Shown here: positions 36,574 through 40,512 of the stretch, one piece after another
How positions within the stretch are numbered: the first letter of the stretch is position 1
Layout of the letters: every line of letters starts with the position of its first letter
The notes under the pieces: generated by a model
Database searches by the model: none
The model's input: only the letters and a program-made list of their open reading frames with translations
What the model was told of the DNA's origin: nothing
Program-made: the position numbers and the translations under genes
Assembly (NCBI GenBank): GCA_017443395.1
Contig: JAFRXR010000167.1
Coordinates: 1-40,512, forward strand
Direction: 5' to 3'
Length of the DNA: 40,512 nt
Origin: Ruminococcus sp.
Lineage (GTDB): Bacteria; Bacillota; Clostridia; Oscillospirales; Ruminococcaceae

Positions 36574-37164
36574 TCACGAGCTGTAGATTATCGGCCGCAG
36601 CTGGATACCCTTCATAGCCGCCTCGAGCGCCTGCGGGATCATTGAGAATTCCGCGACGAGCGAGGCGGGCTTTTTTTCGGTGTCGTCCTGTAGCATCGGC
36701 ACGAAATAATAGCTCTTCCGATTGAAAAGCTCCCCGATGTTCCGTGCCGAGCCGAGCAGCGAGTCGTTCGACGCTATCGCGAGCAGCACCGGCTTCCCCG
36801 CGCGCAGGTGGGATTTCACCGCCATGGTCACAGAGGTGTCCGTGACTGAATTTGCGAGCTTTGCGGCAGTGTTGGACGTACACGGTGCGACCAGCATGAT
36901 GTCCGTCAGGGACTTGGGTCCTATGGGCTCGGCGTCCGTGATAGTCGTGATGACCTCCCGCGAGGCTATCTCCTGAAGCCGCGCGAGGTTCTCCTGCGCG
37001 GTGCCGAAGCGGGTGTCCGTGGAGGCGGCGTGCTCCGACATTACCGGGACGAGCTCCGCGCCCATTTCACGCAGTATCTCAGCCTGCCGGAACGCCTTTT
37101 CCAGCGTGCAGAACGAGCCCGTCACGGCAAATCCGACGCGCAGTCCGCGTATGATGTCACTCAT
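36574..37164 (-). CDS. spoVFB: Dipicolinate synthase subunit B
   Basis: GFAVTGSFCT, AEPIGP, APCTSNT, AVKSHLR..KPV, YFVP..QDD..KP.SL. Confidence 0.93.
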   Translation of the reverse strand: MSDIIRGLRVGFAVTGSFCTLEKAFRQAEILREMGAELVPVMSEHAASTDTRFGTAQENLARLQEIASREVITTITDAEPIGPKSLTDIMLVAPCTSNTAAKLANSVTDTSVTMAVKSHLRAGKPVLLAIASNDSLLGSARNIGELFNRKSYYFVPMLQDDTEKKPASLVAEFSMIPQALEAAMKGIQLRPIIYSS

Positions 37165-38017
37165 CACCGTCACTCCTTTCCGCGAGAACGTCCGCGACCG
37201 TCTCGGCTATCATCTCGCCGGCAGTCACGGGGGCGGTCTTTCCGGGGAGACCCAGCGCCCAGACAGTGCGTCTGCCGAGCTGTGCAGCGGCGTCGAGGTC
37301 GATACCGCCCGGCTTCGAGGCAAGGTCGATGAAGAGCGTCTCCCGCGGGAATCTTTCGAGCAGCGCACGGTCGAATATCATGGCGGGGACGGTGTTGAAG
37401 ACTACGCTAAAATCGGTCGGCATGGAGGACGTCCTGCATGAGCGCACACCCGCGATCCGAGCCTTTGCTTCGCCGCCTGCATTTCGCACTGCGACTGTCA
37501 CCTCCGCGCCGAAGCCCTTAAGTATCCCCGCGAGCGCTGTTCCGATACGTCCCATGCCGACGATGAGCGCCTTCGACCCGCTGAGCGTGACCGGCAGCTC
37601 CTCCAGTGCGAGCTGCACTGCGCCCTCTGCGGTCGGGACGGCGTTTTTCAGGCTCAGCTCCTCGCGGGTCAGGTAGTCCGTCAGCCGGCAACCGGGGAAG
37701 TGCTCCGCAAGACGATCATCGACCTTCCCCGCGAACACCTCCGCGCCGTCCTTCAGCATTACACGGACTGTCCCGGGGGATATCTCCTGCGCGGTGCAGG
37801 GAGTGTTCAGCATTGCAGACTCGTTGAGCGGCGGGACCGGCAGGACCGCGAAATCGTAGCGGGCGGTCTCGTCCGTGGAGGCTGTGCGGAGGGAGAGGTC
37901 GTCGGGAATGAAGTCCCTGTCGAAGCCAAGCACCGATGTATCATAAACGCCGGAAAGCCGCGCCGCGCAGTAGAGCTGCCGCAGGTCGCCGCCGGCTATA
38001 AGTATTCTCTTTTTCAT
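37157..38017 (-). CDS. spoVFA: Dipicolinate synthase subunit A
   Basis: GGDLRQ, NAVPTAEGA, GMGRIG, NTVPA, IDLASKPGG, GLPGKTAPVTAG. Confidence 0.93.
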   Translation of the reverse strand: MKKRILIAGGDLRQLYCAARLSGVYDTSVLGFDRDFIPDDLSLRTASTDETARYDFAVLPVPPLNESAMLNTPCTAQEISPGTVRVMLKDGAEVFAGKVDDRLAEHFPGCRLTDYLTREELSLKNAVPTAEGAVQLALEELPVTLSGSKALIVGMGRIGTALAGILKGFGAEVTVAVRNAGGEAKARIAGVRSCRTSSMPTDFSVVFNTVPAMIFDRALLERFPRETLFIDLASKPGGIDLDAAAQLGRRTVWALGLPGKTAPVTAGEMIAETVADVLAERSDGDE

Positions 38018-38057
38018 ATTTTGCTCCAATCTGCCGAATGGCTGTTTTTTCCATTCC

Positions 38058-38085
38058 ATTATATGACAGACTGCGGGATCGTGTG
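38058..38085 (-). promoter_or_regulatory. Putative sigmaK promoter of spoVFAB
   Basis: CACAC...CATATAAT (AC-15/17 nt-CATAnnnT); spoVF is sigmaK-dependent in Bacillus subtilis. Confidence 0.6.
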
Positions 38086-38198
38086 AGTGCGGCGCCGCTG
38101 CAGGTGCGTTCAGGAAGGTGCAGGGGACGACGTCCTCGACGCCCCACCAAAAAAGTCGTGTCCGCCGAAGCGAGCTCTGCGCTGGAAATATCTGCCGT

Positions 38199-38227
38199 GA
38201 TTATATCCTCTCCTCCGGGCAATAATA
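38199..38227 (+). promoter_or_regulatory. Putative sigmaF promoter of sigG
   Basis: -10 GGCAATAATA fits GGnnAnAHTR; weak -35 GATTA. Confidence 0.5.
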
Positions 38228-38257
38228 TCCATGAAGTTTTTGCTCAGGAGGCTGGAT

Positions 38258-39037
38258 ATGGCGTACAACAAGGTCGTTATCTCGGGGATAAACACATCAG
38301 AGCTCACCGTGCTCAGCGAGGAAGAGAAAATGCAGCTCCTCCGCGAGATACGCGATACGGGCAGCAAGTCCGCGCGGGACAGGCTCATCAAGGGCAACCT
38401 CCGCCTCGTGCTCAGCGTGATACAGCGCTTCACCGGCCGCGGCGAGGACGTGGACGACCTCTTCCAGATCGGCGTGGTCGGGCTGATAAAGGCGATCAAC
38501 AACTTCGACCTCACAAAGGAGGTGCGCTTCTCAACGTACTGCGTGCCGATGATTAGCGGTGAACTCCGCCGTCACCTCCGCGACTACAGCCACGTAAAGG
38601 TCAGCCGCTCCATGCGCGACCTCGCGTACAAGGCGATACAGGCTAAGGAGCACCTCACGGCGGAGCTTGGACGTGAGCCGAACATCGACGAGATAGCCGC
38701 CGAGACCGGAGAAAAAAGGTCGGAGGTGGTCATCGCGCTCGAGAGCATCAGCGACCCCGTTTCGCTCTACGAGCCCGTATTCTCCGACTCCGACGACACA
38801 CTCTACATCATGGACCAGATCGGCGACCGCAACGACGTTGACAGCTGGCTGCAGGAGATGTCCATTCGCGAGGCGATACGCTCCCTCGGCGAGCGCGAAC
38901 GGAATATCCTCTACCTGCGCTTCCTGCGAGGGAAGACTCAGGTAGAGGTGGCGAGGGAGATCGGTATTTCGCAGGCGCAGGTCTCGCGCCTCGAGAAAAG
39001 CGCGATCGAAAAGGTCAAAAACGGCGGGGACATCTGA
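38258..39037 (+). CDS. sigG: Forespore sigma factor SigG
   Basis: N-terminus NKVVISGINTSELTVL, NLRLVLSVIQRF, DDLFQIG, FSTYCVPMI.GE, VSRSMRDLAYKA, DPVSLYEP, GISQAQVSRLEK; ATG behind AGGAGG. Confidence 0.92.
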   Translation: MAYNKVVISGINTSELTVLSEEEKMQLLREIRDTGSKSARDRLIKGNLRLVLSVIQRFTGRGEDVDDLFQIGVVGLIKAINNFDLTKEVRFSTYCVPMISGELRRHLRDYSHVKVSRSMRDLAYKAIQAKEHLTAELGREPNIDEIAAETGEKRSEVVIALESISDPVSLYEPVFSDSDDTLYIMDQIGDRNDVDSWLQEMSIREAIRSLGERERNILYLRFLRGKTQVEVAREIGISQAQVSRLEKSAIEKVKNGGDI

Positions 39038-39265
39038 GCGCAGCGCTTGTTATGCCACATAAGGTGCATGAAATGCCGGCTTAGATATAAACGCGGCGAA
39101 TAATGTCCGAGCGATAATACTTTGAGTAAATCCAGATTTGTTCAAATCGGAGAATTTTTACAGCATAATATACAAATCCGCGAAAACCTCTTTTAAAATA
39201 TGGAATAATATGCTACAATTAATGTGAATCAATATTGACCGAAAGTATAAAAGGAGGTGTCCGAT

Positions 39266-40045
39266 ATGACCGCAATTAAGCTCAGAGCTGTCCGTGTTTT
39301 TGCCGCTGTCTTCACTGCTGCCGTAGTGTTCATGTGTGCATTCGGCACTTCCATGCGCTCGGTGGGAGTCGAGGACACCGTCGAGAATAAAAAGGAGCTC
39401 GCCAAGGAAATGACGCTCCTCATCAACGAGGAGCGCGCTGCGAACGGCGCCAAGCCGCTCTATCTCGTGCCGTATCTCTGCGACTGCGCTAACGTCCGCG
39501 CACGTGAATGCATTTTCCGCTTTGACCATACAAGAAACGAAAACGAGGACTTCGCAACTGTCATCGACACGAACCTCGTCCCCTATGCAGTTGCTGCCGA
39601 GAACATCGCAGCTGCTTCAAGCACAGCGAAGGGCACGTTCGATCAATGGATGGGCTCTGAGACCCACCATGATGCCATGCTGAACCCCTGCTATACCCAC
39701 ATCGGCGTGGGCGTCTGCTATGAGCCCAACAGCGATTACGGCTGGTACTGGGAGATACTTCTCGTCGAGTGCGACAATGAGCTGCAGGGACAGGAAGTCC
39801 CCGTCCGGTACGACGTCGTACCTGAGTGTGCCGGAGACATCAATGGCGACAGCGAGGTAAATAACTTCGATCTGATTTGTCTGCGCCAGTATTTCGCAGG
39901 CTACTACCAGATGAACGAGCTCCAGCTCGATGCGGCTGACCTCCTCGTGGACGGCAGTGTCACTTACCTCGACGCACAGGTGCTTCAGGGGTACATACTC
40001 GGCAAGTACACCACTCTGCCGATGACTTTATCCGACCTGATGTGA
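39266..40045 (+). CDS. Secreted CAP/SCP-domain protein with C-terminal dockerin
   Basis: Signal-like N-terminus; INEER..G, FDHTR, AENIA, WMGSETH..MLN..HIGVG; dockerin GDINGDSEVNNFD...AADLLVDGSVTYLD; ATG behind AAGGAGGTG. Confidence 0.88.
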   Translation: MTAIKLRAVRVFAAVFTAAVVFMCAFGTSMRSVGVEDTVENKKELAKEMTLLINEERAANGAKPLYLVPYLCDCANVRARECIFRFDHTRNENEDFATVIDTNLVPYAVAAENIAAASSTAKGTFDQWMGSETHHDAMLNPCYTHIGVGVCYEPNSDYGWYWEILLVECDNELQGQEVPVRYDVVPECAGDINGDSEVNNFDLICLRQYFAGYYQMNELQLDAADLLVDGSVTYLDAQVLQGYILGKYTTLPMTLSDLM

Positions 40046-40101
40046 CAGGTACTTATCCAAGGTAACGAAAAGTGTTGAAATAAAAAGGTGTGTTCATGGG
40101 T

Positions 40102-40164
40102 ACTGCCGCACGTTGTGTGCGGCAGTGCTTTTTGTATAAAGAAAAGCTCCCCTCGCGGGGAGCT
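40102..40164. terminator. Pair of terminators between convergent genes
   Basis: actgccgcac-gttgt-gtgcggcagt with T-run (+ strand); agctcccc-tcgc-ggggagct with an upstream A-run (- strand). Confidence 0.75.
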
Positions 40165-40174
40165 CTGCGTTTTA

Positions 40175-40512
40175 TTATTCGATACCGGAAACCGTGAAGT
40201 CTACTTCAACAGTTGTCCACTCCTTCTCGAATGCGTTAGTGTCGATGATAGTTGCAGCGTAGCCGCCGTCTGCGGTAACTGCGCCCGAAGCATCGTGAGC
40301 GTCCTCGGGGAGAGATGTTACCCACGGGTTGTAGATGTTGGAGCGCATATCACTGAGCTCGTCCTCTGTGTATGCGTCGTCAACGCAGGTGAAGCTCTTC
40401 GCTGTGAGCGGGATATCCTCGCCGTCGATCCTGATAGCCGTGATGTCGATGGACATATTCGGATAGAGCGTAGCACCGCCGCGAACGAGCACTGCGGAAA
40501 ACGAAAGTCCGA
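40175..40512 (-). CDS. 3' end of a CDS running off the window (beta-rich, possibly extracellular or carbohydrate-related domain)
   Basis: Frame stays open to the window edge; codon usage like neighbours; ends VEVDFTVSGIE. Confidence 0.7.
   Translation of the reverse strand, partial: GLSFSAVLVRGGATLYPNMSIDITAIRIDGEDIPLTAKSFTCVDDAYTEDELSDMRSNIYNPWVTSLPEDAHDASGAVTADGGYAATIIDTNAFEKEWTTVEVDFTVSGIE

Overview
Core chromosomal segment from a GC-rich (visually about 55-60% GC in CDSs), dockerin-encoding Oscillospiraceae bacterium, most consistent with a Ruminococcus flavefaciens-like organism (inferred from the dockerin, the GH26/GH95 genes and gene style). It holds about 36 CDSs. Housekeeping genes: radA, folD, lgt, a YmfF/YmfH-like M16 peptidase pair, a CorC/HlyC-family protein, rplJ-rplL with an L10 leader, aspartokinase, HPr, rimM, trmD, purB, proS, rnhA. 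Also present: a PhoP/PhoR-like two-component system, dispersed sporulation genes (spo0A, spoIVB, sigG, spoVFA/B, an AsnO-like asnB) and a GH95-GH26-HAD-like operon. I see no transposase, integrase, CRISPR array, rRNA or tRNA. Most noteworthy: (1) an XRE-HTH/cupin/acyl-CoA synthetase fusion that could be a self-regulating enzyme; (2) three families of intergenic repeats, namely a modular hairpin mosaic with covarying stems (3 copies), GTAG-type REP/REPIN units and inverted heptamer-repeat elements; (3) a probable 1-nt frameshift at the sensor-kinase start; (4) a probable ATA start codon for rnhA; (5) a HAD-fold protein missing catalytic aspartates; (6) a very acidic C-terminal tail on Lgt. All calls come from reading motifs by eye; no database search was run, so novelty is unverified.
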